Below are positions 9,418-18,772 of a DNA stretch of 64,000 nucleotides, one piece after another; within the stretch, counting starts at the first letter, position 1, and each line of letters begins with the position of its first letter. The position numbers and the translations under genes were made by a program. Source of the stretch: Candidatus Iainarchaeum sp. (lineage in GTDB: Archaea > Iainarchaeota > Iainarchaeia > Iainarchaeales > UBA10219); the NCBI GenBank assembly GCA_018304425.1, contig JAGVWE010000007.1, positions 1-64,000 on the forward strand. Direction: 5' to 3'. The notes below the pieces were generated by a model. It saw nothing but the letters and a program-made list of their open reading frames with translations, did no database searches and was not told the origin of the DNA.

Positions 9418-9822
9418 ATGCAGGGCAAGCTCTGGTTGGCGTTGCTGGTGATGGCCCTGGCTTACTACTGGTTCGTGTGGGCCCCCCAAGGGCAAGCCCC
9501 CGTGGCGCAACCTCCACCGGCCGTGGACGCCACGGCCTGTTCCGCCAGGCTCTCAGCGGCCCAGGAGTTCGCCGCGCAACACCGTTCCTGCCGGTCCTCG
9601 GATGACTGCTTCCCGGTCACGGTGGCCCAACTCGACCCGGTAACCGGTTGCCAAACCGTTTTCGACGAACTCGTGAACATCGACGAGGCCGAGGCCCTGG
9701 AAGGAAAAGTGAACGGCTTTTTCGCCGGCGGTTGCGGGGAGCGCGTCGTGTACTGCCCCCTTGAACGCGCGGAAGCCCCCACCATCCGGTGCGTGGCCCA
9801 GCAGTGCGCGTGGGCAAAATAA
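9418..9822 (+). CDS. Small Cys-rich exported protein
   Basis: N-terminal TM; CRSSDDC...CVAQQC. Confidence 0.7.
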   Translation: MQGKLWLALLVMALAYYWFVWAPQGQAPVAQPPPAVDATACSARLSAAQEFAAQHRSCRSSDDCFPVTVAQLDPVTGCQTVFDELVNIDEAEALEGKVNGFFAGGCGERVVYCPLERAEAPTIRCVAQQCAWAK

Positions 9823-9848
9823 GCCAGGCCCGACGCGGGCCCGGAACC

Positions 9849-11327
9849 TCACTCGGTGCGGATGTCGAAGGTCTTCTGGATGGTCTTCCGCTCCAAGGGG
9901 TTGAAGGCATCCGAGTAACGGATGAGCAGCAAACAGGTCTGGATGAAGTCCTTGGGCGTCTGCTTGGGGGCCGTGACCAGGAGGCGCGTGTCCTTCTCTT
10001 TTCGGCCGGGCGCGATGGAGTCAAAGCTCTTCAAGCCCTCGATGGAGGCCCAGGAACTGTCGCATTTCACGGAGTCCAAGGCGACGCTCACGCTTTGCAC
10101 GTCCACGTCCCCCTTGTTCGCCAGTTCAATGGTGTCGGTCTCGGTCTCGTACTTGCCCGTGGTCGGGTCCTTGGACAACACGAACTTGTCCGCGACCCCC
10201 TCCAAGACCAAGGCCACGGCCTTGCCTTCGACATCCAGTTCCACGTTCAAGGACTTCTCCCAGTAATCGGTCTTCAACTGCATGCGGGCATTGATTTTGT
10301 CGTTTGCGGCATTGCTTGGGACTTCAATGCGCAGGTTAATGGTTTCCGCGGACTTCGAGCCATAGCCGATGGAGTCCACGGTCTCGGGAAAGAACGTGAA
10401 CCATTGCCTGACAACCTCCGCGGGGTTGTTCTGGGTGCGGATGTCCTCCAGGGAAACCCTGACGTCCTTCAAGTCGAAGTCCTTGTTGTTGTTGCTTACC
10501 TTGACCTCTTTTTCCTTGACGTCGCCGGCGTTCACCTTCCCGTAGTCGAGGCGCGAGACGTTGACCGTGACCTTGGAGGGGTCGAATTCGATGAGGCTCA
10601 ACACGACGTCCTTTTTCTCCCGCGTGTACTTCACCCGGACGCTGCCCTTCTTGTCCTTGCCGAGCTTCTTCTTGTCCGCGCCTTCCTTGACGCTGATGGT
10701 CAACGGGATTTCGTCCGAGGAGTTGCCGCCCAAGGTGATGGGGTCGAACAAGATGGTGAGCGTGTCCGGCGCAAGCACGCCCTCGAACACGAAGTCAATG
10801 GTTTCGGGGGCGGGCTTCTTGTTCTTCAACTTGATTTTGCCTTGCAGGGTCTGCCCCACGACCAGGGTGGCGGGCAGTTCGAGGTCGAGGTCCACGTCGA
10901 TGTTCTTCGACAGCTCGACGAAAACGTTGTTCTCCCCCGGCGTCACCGCGAAGGGCACGCCTTTCATGGGCTTGTAACCAGAGGCAGCCACCTCGTACGC
11001 GTAATCGCCGCGCTTCAATTCCAGGGTTTTCGCGCCCGTGAAGGTCGCCAGGGGATTGGCTTGGCCGTTCGCGTAGACGCGGAGGGTCGCGTTGTTGATG
11101 GCCTCGTTCTCGCTGTTTTTCACGGAAAACGAGACCTTTTGGATGCTGCCCACGAAGTAGTCGTAGGCGAAATACCCCCCGCCTGCCACCAGGAGGAGCA
11201 CGACGAGCAGGGGCACGAGTTTCTTGGCCTGGTCCGCGGCCCCGCCGCCGGCCTCGGGTTGCTGGGCATAGCCATAGGCTTGCGGGCCATAGGGTTGGGG
11301 GTCGTCCAAGGGCATAAAACCACCCAT
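9849..11327 (-). CDS. Membrane-anchored protein with tandem Ig-like domains
   Basis: N-terminal TM, PEGA-like segment, beta-rich repeats (IELANKGD). Confidence 0.8.
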   Translation of the reverse strand: MGGFMPLDDPQPYGPQAYGYAQQPEAGGGAADQAKKLVPLLVVLLLVAGGGYFAYDYFVGSIQKVSFSVKNSENEAINNATLRVYANGQANPLATFTGAKTLELKRGDYAYEVAASGYKPMKGVPFAVTPGENNVFVELSKNIDVDLDLELPATLVVGQTLQGKIKLKNKKPAPETIDFVFEGVLAPDTLTILFDPITLGGNSSDEIPLTISVKEGADKKKLGKDKKGSVRVKYTREKKDVVLSLIEFDPSKVTVNVSRLDYGKVNAGDVKEKEVKVSNNNKDFDLKDVRVSLEDIRTQNNPAEVVRQWFTFFPETVDSIGYGSKSAETINLRIEVPSNAANDKINARMQLKTDYWEKSLNVELDVEGKAVALVLEGVADKFVLSKDPTTGKYETETDTIELANKGDVDVQSVSVALDSVKCDSSWASIEGLKSFDSIAPGRKEKDTRLLVTAPKQTPKDFIQTCLLLIRYSDAFNPLERKTIQKTFDIRTE

Positions 11328-11373
11328 ATGTAGGGAAAACGTATATTAAATACTTTTGCAGCAATTTAGGCGT

Positions 11374-11790
11374 ATGCCTCACCTGGATGACCGCATGGTC
11401 TTCTACTCGTTGCTGGCGGCCCTGGCCGTCATCGTGGGCTTGTTCTTTTACTCGTTGGCCAACCCCCGCACGTCCGAGGGCTTCACCGAAGTCTACTTCA
11501 AGCAGGACCCCGAAGTAAAGGCGGGCAGCCTCTCGTTTTCCTTCGTCGTCGCCAACCACGAGGGCAAGGCCGTGGAATACGCGTTTGAAGTGTTCCTCGG
11601 CGGTGAGCGGTTGGATTCCGGCAAGGCCTTGGTCGAAGACCAGGGAATAAAGGTGGTCAAGGTGGACCGGCCCCTGGCCGCGCCCCTGCAGGAGCCCACC
11701 AAGCTCTTGGTCTCGGTTTCAAGGGACGGCAAGCCAGCGCCCTACACCTTGTGGTACTGGGTCGGGGAAAAGCAGTCCATCGGGGGCTAG
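11374..11790 (+). CDS. DUF1616-like membrane protein
   Basis: TM then EGFTEVYF...VANHEG...YTLWYWV. Confidence 0.65.
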   Translation: MPHLDDRMVFYSLLAALAVIVGLFFYSLANPRTSEGFTEVYFKQDPEVKAGSLSFSFVVANHEGKAVEYAFEVFLGGERLDSGKALVEDQGIKVVKVDRPLAAPLQEPTKLLVSVSRDGKPAPYTLWYWVGEKQSIGG

Positions 11791-11793
11791 GCA

Positions 11794-12228
11794 ATGCGGT
11801 TGGCCCTGGTTTCAAGCGAGGACTCCGCGTTGGACATCCATAAAGAGGTCCGCGCGGCCCTGGAAAAGGAAATCATCAACGTCGAGGTCGTCGAGCAAAA
11901 GCTGCCCCAGGTCCTTGACATCCCGGTGTGGGTGGGGGAAAACCCGGGCTACGACCTCTACTTCGTCTTCGTCGTCTACCGCCGTCCACGCGTTGAACAC
12001 AAGGTTTTGCTCGAAAAACTCGTCTCCCTGGAAATGGATGGGAAGGCGCGCATCCTGAAAGCGGTCTCCAAGCTCGACGACGAATGGGATAGAGACGAGC
12101 TCGCCCAAAAGTGGGTCAAGAAAATCCTGCGCCAGTTGTTTCCCGGCGAAGCCGAGCCCGTGGCAGGGGAAGCCGGCGAAGAAGACGAAGAAGAAGAGGA
12201 AGCCGGTCAGGGCTTCAAATTCATTTAA
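11794..12228 (+). CDS. Hypothetical protein, possibly a degenerate riboflavin/lumazine synthase-like fold
   Basis: N-terminal pattern loosely resembles archaeal RibC (LPQVLDIPV); acidic tail. Confidence 0.5.
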   Translation: MRLALVSSEDSALDIHKEVRAALEKEIINVEVVEQKLPQVLDIPVWVGENPGYDLYFVFVVYRRPRVEHKVLLEKLVSLEMDGKARILKAVSKLDDEWDRDELAQKWVKKILRQLFPGEAEPVAGEAGEEDEEEEEAGQGFKFI

Positions 12229-13258
12229 CGCGCTTTTCCTTGAGCTTTGCCAGCTCGCTTTCCCGTTCGTCCACCATCTCACGGAAGTCCTTCAACAACT
12301 GGTTCTTGTCCCTGACTTCCAGGCGCAGGCGCTCGAGTTCCTGGGCGTTCTCAGCCCGTCCCTCCTTCCGGGCCGCGAGCTTGGCTTCCTCGACTCCCAG
12401 GAGTCCCCTGGAATAAGTGGAACGCTGGCGTGCCAGGTCCTGTTCGGCGTCCAGCAAGGCCCTCCGGGCATACCCGCTCTCCTGCTTGAGGAGGGCGGTG
12501 AGCTCCAAGGACTTCGCGGCGTGCTCCGCGTAAACGTCGTTGAGGGACTGCAGTTTCCGGTCGAATTCGAGCTGCCGGTCCAGCAGCGAATTGATTTCGC
12601 GGTTGGAAGACTCCAAGTCCTTTTGCAGGAGGGCGCGCTCGGTTTGCAGGCGCGCGTTCAACTCCATCAACTCGCGTTCGAGGCCGGCCGCGGTCTCCCC
12701 GGCGCCGAAAAAGCTTTTCCCCCGCAAGTCCAAGAACTTCTTACGGGTCTCCTCCAACTCGGCCTCCTTCTGCTCGAGCAAGACCAGCATGCCCTTCGGC
12801 GCGCCCTTCAACGCGGGCGAAAAATCGGCTTGCCTCCGGCCGTGCAGGTTGATGCGCTCGCAGAGGAACACGGTCTTCGTGAGCAGGGCCGCGAGCTTGT
12901 CCTCCAGCGAGGCATAGAGTTCGGGCTGCTCCCGGGACTCGGACAGCCTGGAATGCCCGGAAACGTTCAATGGCTTGGCTTCCTCGAGTTTGAGGTTGCG
13001 CTTGAACACCACGAGCGTGGCATTCAGTTCCCGCAGGTGTTCGGCGAGGTCCGGCTGGTGGGGCAACGGCTTTTCCTGGAACGCGGCCCGCAGGGCCTCC
13101 AGTTGCGCGGCGATTCCCTCCAAACCCTCGACGCCTTGCCGCAAGTGGTAGACGAAGGCCTCCCGGGACAACTCCCGCCAGGGCCTCCGCTGGACCTGCT
13201 CGCGCACGGTCTCCAACCGCTCCAAGAGCGGGTCAGCCAAGAACAGGGTTTCCGCCAT
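12221..13258 (-). CDS. Coiled-coil hypothetical protein
   Basis: 345 aa with heptad L/E/R composition and host codon bias. Confidence 0.75.
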   Translation of the reverse strand: MAETLFLADPLLERLETVREQVQRRPWRELSREAFVYHLRQGVEGLEGIAAQLEALRAAFQEKPLPHQPDLAEHLRELNATLVVFKRNLKLEEAKPLNVSGHSRLSESREQPELYASLEDKLAALLTKTVFLCERINLHGRRQADFSPALKGAPKGMLVLLEQKEAELEETRKKFLDLRGKSFFGAGETAAGLERELMELNARLQTERALLQKDLESSNREINSLLDRQLEFDRKLQSLNDVYAEHAAKSLELTALLKQESGYARRALLDAEQDLARQRSTYSRGLLGVEEAKLAARKEGRAENAQELERLRLEVRDKNQLLKDFREMVDERESELAKLKEKRVK

Positions 13259-13298
13259 ACTCCAAACTAGTAGGGTATTCGCCTATTTATTCCTATCT

Positions 13299-13750
13299 TC
13301 AACGCCCCATTTCCCGGTCTAACGTGGTCGTCCCCCGCTTTAGTTCAAATTTATTCCGAGGATAGTCAAAGGTTATCTTTACTTTTTCAAAAAAGCTGGA
13401 ACCAAAGATTATTTCTTCGTCTTTGGATTCTCTGCCTAGGTTGATGGCACAATGGCATTCCACGAGTATTTTTCGCGGCCTTTTTGTATAAGCACGCGCA
13501 CAGCCGACCGGGTCGTTACGATGCGGCTGCCCGTGTAGGTATTGCCTTCTTCCCTTTCACTTTCGTCATATTCGAGTCCAAGCATGTCAGCGACTTCCCG
13601 GGGCAACAGGATAAAATCCGAGCCACTGTCCAGCACCGAGGTAAAATTCATTTTTTCGCTTTTCCCTATGAGCGTGACGGGCATGGGCGGGCGTTTGACG
13701 ACGATGCCCTTAAAGAACTCGGTGTGCGTGCATCGATAAGTGAGCGTCAT
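13299..13750 (-). pseudogene. Retropepsin-like aspartyl protease, frameshifted
   Basis: LDSGSD active site. The C-terminal IFGSSFFEKVKITFDY motif is in the -1 frame after an A5 run (13469-13473). Confidence 0.7.
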
Positions 13751-13754
13751 ATTC

Positions 13755-13964
13755 TCACAAATAGCTGGCCGTTTTCTTAACTTTTGACAGCAACACTTTT
13801 GTGAGAGGAACGCCGCTCTTCTTTGTCGCTTCCACAACTTTCTTCAACTTTTCGCCGTGCGAAATAATTTTCTTGTTGTATATGGCGATCCATTCGCCAT
13901 CCTTATACTCGGATAAATCAGTGGATAAAAAGTAGCTAAACTCTGCATCAAGCGTGTGTCCCAA
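13755..13964 (-). CDS. DUF5678-like small protein
   Basis: YKDGEWIAIYNKKIISHG; directly upstream of the protease, a common pairing. Start uncertain. Confidence 0.65.
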   Translation of the reverse strand: MGHTLDAEFSYFLSTDLSEYKDGEWIAIYNKKIISHGEKLKKVVEATKKSGVPLTKVLLSKVKKTASYL

Positions 13965-14086
13965 TCCGACCCCACTATTATCTTGCTTAAATGGATATTT
14001 ATACCTTTTTATTGGCGGTATGGCTGGCTTAAATGCCATCATTGCCCGGCGGTTGGTTTAAATACCTCGAACGCCTTATTACTGCG

Positions 14087-15079
14087 ATGGATGTCTTCGG
14101 CCAGAACGGGGTGTGCGTGCACGCGGATTCGAACCGGTTGTTCGTGGACGCGTGCAAGAAACGCAACGAGACGATTGTCATCAGCCACGCGCACTCGGAC
14201 CATGCTAGAATCAGCCAGACCAACCGCTACCTGATGACGCCCGCAACCGCGGAAATGGTGCGGGGCCGGCTCCGCCCCGACCAGTTGCAGGTTTTGCCCC
14301 TCGGCCGGACCGCGGAAGTCAACGGCTTCGGCGTTTCCCTCCACGAGGCCGGCCACATCTTCGGCAGCGCGCAAGTGAAAATCGCCAACGGACTTACAAC
14401 CGTCGTCACGGCGGACATGAAGCTGCAGAAGAGCCTGATCAACGAGCCCGCGGAAATCCTGAAATCGGATGTGCTGGTCATCGAGAGCACGTTCGGCAAA
14501 CCCGAGTACGCGTTCCCGCCCCGCGAGAAAGTCTACGAGGACCTCATGCTGTGGGCCGCGCGCAACATCCAGCGCAAGCACTTCATCGTCTTGAGCGGCT
14601 ACGCCACGGGCAAGGCCCAGGAACTCACCAAGTTCTGCAACGAGTTCCTGGGCGAAACTCCCATCGTGCACGAAAGGGTCTTCGAGCAAAACCAGGCCTG
14701 CGAAAAGCATGGCTTGAAGCTCGGTGGTTACCTGAAACTCGACCACAACCTGAAGGACGCGAACGTCTTGATCGTGCCGCCCAGCCTCGCCGACCCCCAC
14801 TTGTTCCAGGTCATCGAGCACTTCACCGGCAAAAAAGCCTTGTCCGCGATGGCCACGGGCTGGCCCGGCAACCGCGGTTTCTCCAAGACCTTTCCCTTGT
14901 CCGACCACGCGGACTTCAACCAGCTCCTGGAATACGTCCGGCAATCCGAGCCCAGGCAGGTGCTCACCCAGTACGGGTTCCCCCGCGAGTTCGCCTTCCA
15001 GGTGCGGAGGAAACTCGGCATCCCCGCCCGCGAACTCGACGCGAAAGGGCAGAAGACAATGGGCGAGTACGCGGGCTGA
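14087..15079 (+). CDS. Metallo-beta-lactamase/beta-CASP nuclease
   Basis: SHAHSDH, AGHIFGS, ESTFG, LSDHADF motifs. Confidence 0.85.
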   Translation: MDVFGQNGVCVHADSNRLFVDACKKRNETIVISHAHSDHARISQTNRYLMTPATAEMVRGRLRPDQLQVLPLGRTAEVNGFGVSLHEAGHIFGSAQVKIANGLTTVVTADMKLQKSLINEPAEILKSDVLVIESTFGKPEYAFPPREKVYEDLMLWAARNIQRKHFIVLSGYATGKAQELTKFCNEFLGETPIVHERVFEQNQACEKHGLKLGGYLKLDHNLKDANVLIVPPSLADPHLFQVIEHFTGKKALSAMATGWPGNRGFSKTFPLSDHADFNQLLEYVRQSEPRQVLTQYGFPREFAFQVRRKLGIPARELDAKGQKTMGEYAG

Positions 15080-15123
15080 ACACCGCTTTTTAACCCCTTT
15101 CAGGCAACTAATTAGCGGTCCGC

Positions 15124-15828
15124 ATGCCCGAGGTTTCCGTCATCGTTCCAGCCCTCAACGAGGAGAAAAGGATTCGCGCCTGCCTCGAGAGCCTCCGCGC
15201 CCAGAAGTTCGGCGGCGACTTCGAGGTCGTCGTGGCGGACGGCAAGAGCGGGGACCACACCGCCGAGATTGCCGTCGGGCTGGCCGACCGCGTCGTGACC
15301 GAGGCGCGGCGGAGCGCGGCCTTCGAACGGCAAAAGGGGGCGCTTGCTGCGCGGGGAAAGGTCTTGGCGTTCACGGACGCGGACGCGGTTTGCCCCCGTG
15401 ACTGGCTGGAAAACCTGTGCAAGCCCTTTTCCGGGAAAGGGGTCGCGGCAACCTATGGCAACGTGTTCCTCTCCGAGGGCTCGCAGGCCGAAAAAGCGTT
15501 CGTGCGCGTGCTGGTGTCCTCGTATTTGGGGGCGAGTTCCCTGCTGGGCATGCCCATGCCCATCGGCTCGAACATGGCCGTTTCCAGGGAGGCCTTCAAC
15601 CGCGTGGGCGGCTTTGACACGAGGCTCGTGACCAGCGAAGACATTGATTTGGCTAAGCGCGTGCAAGCCATTGGCCGCGTGGTGTACGCGCCCGAGGCCG
15701 TGGTCCGCGTGTCCAACCGGCGGCTGCGGGCCTGGGGTTATGGGAAGTTCTTGTCCTACCACGTTTCCAACGCCTTCCGGTACCGCTTGCTGGGCCACGC
15801 CCACGCCGACTACGAGGTCGTGAGATAG
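15124..15828 (+). CDS. Glycosyltransferase family 2
   Basis: VIVPALNEE, DGKSGD, DAD, GGFD...SED. Confidence 0.9.
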   Translation: MPEVSVIVPALNEEKRIRACLESLRAQKFGGDFEVVVADGKSGDHTAEIAVGLADRVVTEARRSAAFERQKGALAARGKVLAFTDADAVCPRDWLENLCKPFSGKGVAATYGNVFLSEGSQAEKAFVRVLVSSYLGASSLLGMPMPIGSNMAVSREAFNRVGGFDTRLVTSEDIDLAKRVQAIGRVVYAPEAVVRVSNRRLRAWGYGKFLSYHVSNAFRYRLLGHAHADYEVVR

Positions 15829-15829
15829 C

Positions 15830-16999
15830 ATGCGCATCGCGTTTTTTTCCGACACCTTCCAGCCGCAGACGAACGGCGTTGTAGTGTCGCTGTCCAACCT
15901 CGCGAGGGGCCTGGCCGGCCAAGGCCACGAGTGCCTGGTTTTCGCTCCCTGGCCCGGGCACGGCAAGCCCCTGGACTTGGATGAGCACGTGAAAGTCGAG
16001 TGGCTGGACTCCCTGCGGTTCCCGCCCTACCCCGAGTACCGCATGGTGTTCCCCGTGCAATTCAGGGTGCTGCCCTTGTTGCGGGAATTCAAGCCCGACC
16101 TCGTCCACGTGCACACGCCGTTCAGCGTGGGACTCATCGGGGCCAAGGCCGCACAGGTTTTGGGCAAGCCCCTGGTGGGAACCTATCACACCCTGATACC
16201 AGAATTCCGCATGTACTCGCCGGTTCCCTGGCTGTGGAAGCTCGGCTTCGTGCGCAGGCTTGCGTGGGCGTACACCAACTGGTTTTACGGCCAATGCGAC
16301 CTGGTTTCGACGCCGTCCGAGGCCATGAAGCGGGAGCTCGAGAGAAACGGGTTGAAGGCAGCCGCCTTGAAAGTGGTCTCCAACGGCATCGATTTGGGCC
16401 GGTTCAGGCGCGTGGAAAAGCCCATGAGTTTGTTCCCTGTCCAGGCCAGGGCCTTCAAGTTCGTTTACTTTGGCCGCGTGAGCTACGAGAAAAGCATTGA
16501 CGTCTTGTTGAAGGCTTTCGCGCGCCTCGTCAAGGCCAACCCGGGCAGGGAATTGCAGTTTGTCGTCGTGGGCAGCGGCCCGGCCGAAGCCGGTTTGAAG
16601 GCGTTGGCAGGCAGGCAAGGCGTCGGGGAAAGGGTCTTGTTCACGGGCCTGTTGAAGGACCAGGCCCTGTTGAACGTCTTGTCGGCATGCGATGCCTTTG
16701 TCACGGCGTCCACGATTGAAACCCAGGGCCTCACGGTCCTCGAAGCCATGGCCGTGGGGTTGCCGGTGCTTGCCGCAGACTATTTGGCGCTGCCGGAAGC
16801 CGTCAAGCACGACTACAATGGCCTGCTGTTCAAGCCTTTCAACGTGAGGGATGCAACCGAAAAAATGCAGTGGGTGCTGGACTCGCCGGAACTCCGGAAG
16901 AAGCTGGTGTCCAATGCAAGGGACTTCGTCCAACAACACGACTTTCAAAACGTGTTAGGCCAATGGGAAAAGATTTATGCGGGGCTGGCAGGCGTTTGA
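15830..16999 (+). CDS. Glycosyltransferase family 4 (GT-B)
   Basis: DTFQPQTNGV, GRVSYEK, ETQGLTVLEAMA. Confidence 0.9.
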   Translation: MRIAFFSDTFQPQTNGVVVSLSNLARGLAGQGHECLVFAPWPGHGKPLDLDEHVKVEWLDSLRFPPYPEYRMVFPVQFRVLPLLREFKPDLVHVHTPFSVGLIGAKAAQVLGKPLVGTYHTLIPEFRMYSPVPWLWKLGFVRRLAWAYTNWFYGQCDLVSTPSEAMKRELERNGLKAAALKVVSNGIDLGRFRRVEKPMSLFPVQARAFKFVYFGRVSYEKSIDVLLKAFARLVKANPGRELQFVVVGSGPAEAGLKALAGRQGVGERVLFTGLLKDQALLNVLSACDAFVTASTIETQGLTVLEAMAVGLPVLAADYLALPEAVKHDYNGLLFKPFNVRDATEKMQWVLDSPELRKKLVSNARDFVQQHDFQNVLGQWEKIYAGLAGV

Positions 17000-17433
17000 G
17001 CGCCGGCTTTGAACGGGTTCACGACCTTGACCGGGCAATCCTTGAAGCCATTCGCGTCTTCCGTGAGCAGGGTGTAGACGCCGTTTTCCACCATGGTTTC
17101 CACGATGAGCGCATCCCACAAGGGAGTGCCGTGTTCGGCGGACCGCCTCATGGCCTTGGAGACCGTGGAAGCCGTGTAATTGATTTTTCGCCAGTTCTTG
17201 GCGACGATAAAGCCATTGACAGTGGCGCGTGCCTCCTCTTTGTTCATTTTGAATTGTGATTTGGAGCTGAGGATTGAAAAGAGTTCTGCCAGCACTTGGT
17301 TGGAAACGACCCCGTGTGCGAGGCCCGACATTACTTCTCCGACGATCTTTTTGGAGACCTCGTTTTTTTGGGGGTCAGTCGTGTCAAAGACGTAGGCGAG
17401 GACATTGGTGTCGACGAAGAACTCACCGTTCAT
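16975..17433 (-). CDS. vapC: PIN-domain VapC toxin
   Basis: FVDTNVL, QVLAE, LWDALI, LLTED. Confidence 0.85.
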   Translation of the reverse strand: MNGEFFVDTNVLAYVFDTTDPQKNEVSKKIVGEVMSGLAHGVVSNQVLAELFSILSSKSQFKMNKEEARATVNGFIVAKNWRKINYTASTVSKAMRRSAEHGTPLWDALIVETMVENGVYTLLTEDANGFKDCPVKVVNPFKAGAQTPASPA

Positions 17434-17659
17434 GGAGTTCAGCTCGCGTTTTATATAGGCGCTTGCCAAGATAGAATCCCCGCTCCATCAATTCCAGCAT
17501 TTTGGCCACATCACTATTGCCTTCCTGTTCGCTCCAGGTCTCCAACGCTTCAGTCGCAGCCTTGCCCAGGCTGCCCTTGCCACGGCCGAACTTCAGCGCG
17601 ACGGCCTTCCGGAACTTTTCTTCCGTCTCCTTCGGGAGGTTGAGCGTGATGGTGCCCAT
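17423..17659 (-). CDS. vapB: Ribbon-helix-helix antitoxin
   Basis: MGTITLNLPKETEEKFR; overlaps vapC start. Confidence 0.75.
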   Translation of the reverse strand: MGTITLNLPKETEEKFRKAVALKFGRGKGSLGKAATEALETWSEQEGNSDVAKMLELMERGFYLGKRLYKTRAELHER

Positions 17660-17660
17660 G

Positions 17661-17698
17661 CCAATACATTTAGATAAACTAACATTTAAATGTATTGG
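17661..17698. promoter_or_regulatory. 12-bp inverted-repeat operator over the vapBC promoter
   Basis: CCAATACATTTA-N14-TAAATGTATTGG overlapping TTTAAA. Confidence 0.65.
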
Positions 17699-17810
17699 AT
17701 TGCGTTTAGTTTGCCTGGCGATTGCATCCATTAATACGTTGATTGACGAAATTCTTATATTTCCCTCTCGTTGAGGAACCCATTTATTTGCCGCCCTCCA
17801 AGTAATCGGT

Positions 17811-18080
17811 ATGCAGTTGAGGTTTTGCGAATTCCATTCCGGGAACGCCCAGGGGGCGGACTTCGAGGCTTTCCTGCATTTCTCCCGCAAACTGGATAAA
17901 GGGGAAGCAGACGGCGCGATCAACGTAAGCTACCGTCGCCTGCGCCCCCATGAAATCCTCCGCCGATTGCGCGCTCAGGGGTTGACCGCCCGGCAACTCG
18001 CCGCCACGCGGGCCCGTTTGCGTGAAAAATTTGAGTCATGGAAGCGCAGACCCAACCGGCATTCACCAAAGCCCAAGTGA
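17811..18080 (+). CDS. Hypothetical protein
   Basis: 89-aa ORF upstream of the endonuclease III gene; no motif recognised. Confidence 0.35.
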   Translation: MQLRFCEFHSGNAQGADFEAFLHFSRKLDKGEADGAINVSYRRLRPHEILRRLRAQGLTARQLAATRARLREKFESWKRRPNRHSPKPK

Positions 18081-18730
18081 AACCCATGCATCCCCGCGAC
18101 CTCTTCGACCGCCTCTTCGCCGCCTATGGCCCCCAGCACTGGTGGCCGGCCAAAACCAGGTTCGAGGTCTGCGTGGGCGCGATTTTGACGCAGAACACGG
18201 CGTGGTCGAACGTCGAGAAGGCCATCGCAAACCTACGCCGCGAGAAGCTGTTGACGCTCAAGGCCCTGGCGGCCGCCGACAAACGGGAACTCGCGCGCTG
18301 CATCCAGCCGGCCGGTTACTTCAACCAGAAAGCCGGTTACCTGAAGAACTTCTGCCGGCACGTCGTCGGAGAGCACGGCACGCTCGCGGCCTTCTTCCGC
18401 CCCCCGCTTCCCGTCCTGCGCCGCGAGCTCCTGGCCGTCAAAGGCATTGGGCCGGAAACCGCTGACTCGATTCTGCTCTATGCGGCGGGCAAGCCTTCTT
18501 TCGTCATCGACGCCTACACCCAGCGCATCGTGCACCGTTTGGGGTTGTCGGAAGAGGAAAGCTACGCTGGCCTTAAGCAATTCTTCGAGTCAAGGCTTCC
18601 CGTCGACGAACGCCGGTTCAACGAATTCCACGCCTTGTTCGTCGAGCACGCGAAGCGGGTTTGTTTGAAGGCAGCGCCCTGGTGTGGCGAGTGTTGTTTG
18701 GCGAAAGAATGCCGTAAAATAGGGGTATAG
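18038..18730 (+). CDS. HhH-GPD DNA glycosylase (endonuclease III-related)
   Basis: GAILTQNT, KGIGPETAD, VIDAY, C-terminal Cys cluster. Start may be 18086. Confidence 0.85.
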   Translation: MEAQTQPAFTKAQVKPMHPRDLFDRLFAAYGPQHWWPAKTRFEVCVGAILTQNTAWSNVEKAIANLRREKLLTLKALAAADKRELARCIQPAGYFNQKAGYLKNFCRHVVGEHGTLAAFFRPPLPVLRRELLAVKGIGPETADSILLYAAGKPSFVIDAYTQRIVHRLGLSEEESYAGLKQFFESRLPVDERRFNEFHALFVEHAKRVCLKAAPWCGECCLAKECRKIGV

Positions 18731-18772
18731 GTTTAAAATGGAGTTAGGGGGTTAGCTAATACGAGTGGGGTT

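Noticed and set aside
9789-11333. Long antisense or alternate-frame ORFs (also 18800-20407, 20687-22222, 29638-31530, 29846-31123, 38878-40350)
   Set aside because: Shadow ORFs caused by high GC3 codon bias opposite genes with clear family motifs; they have no motifs of their own.
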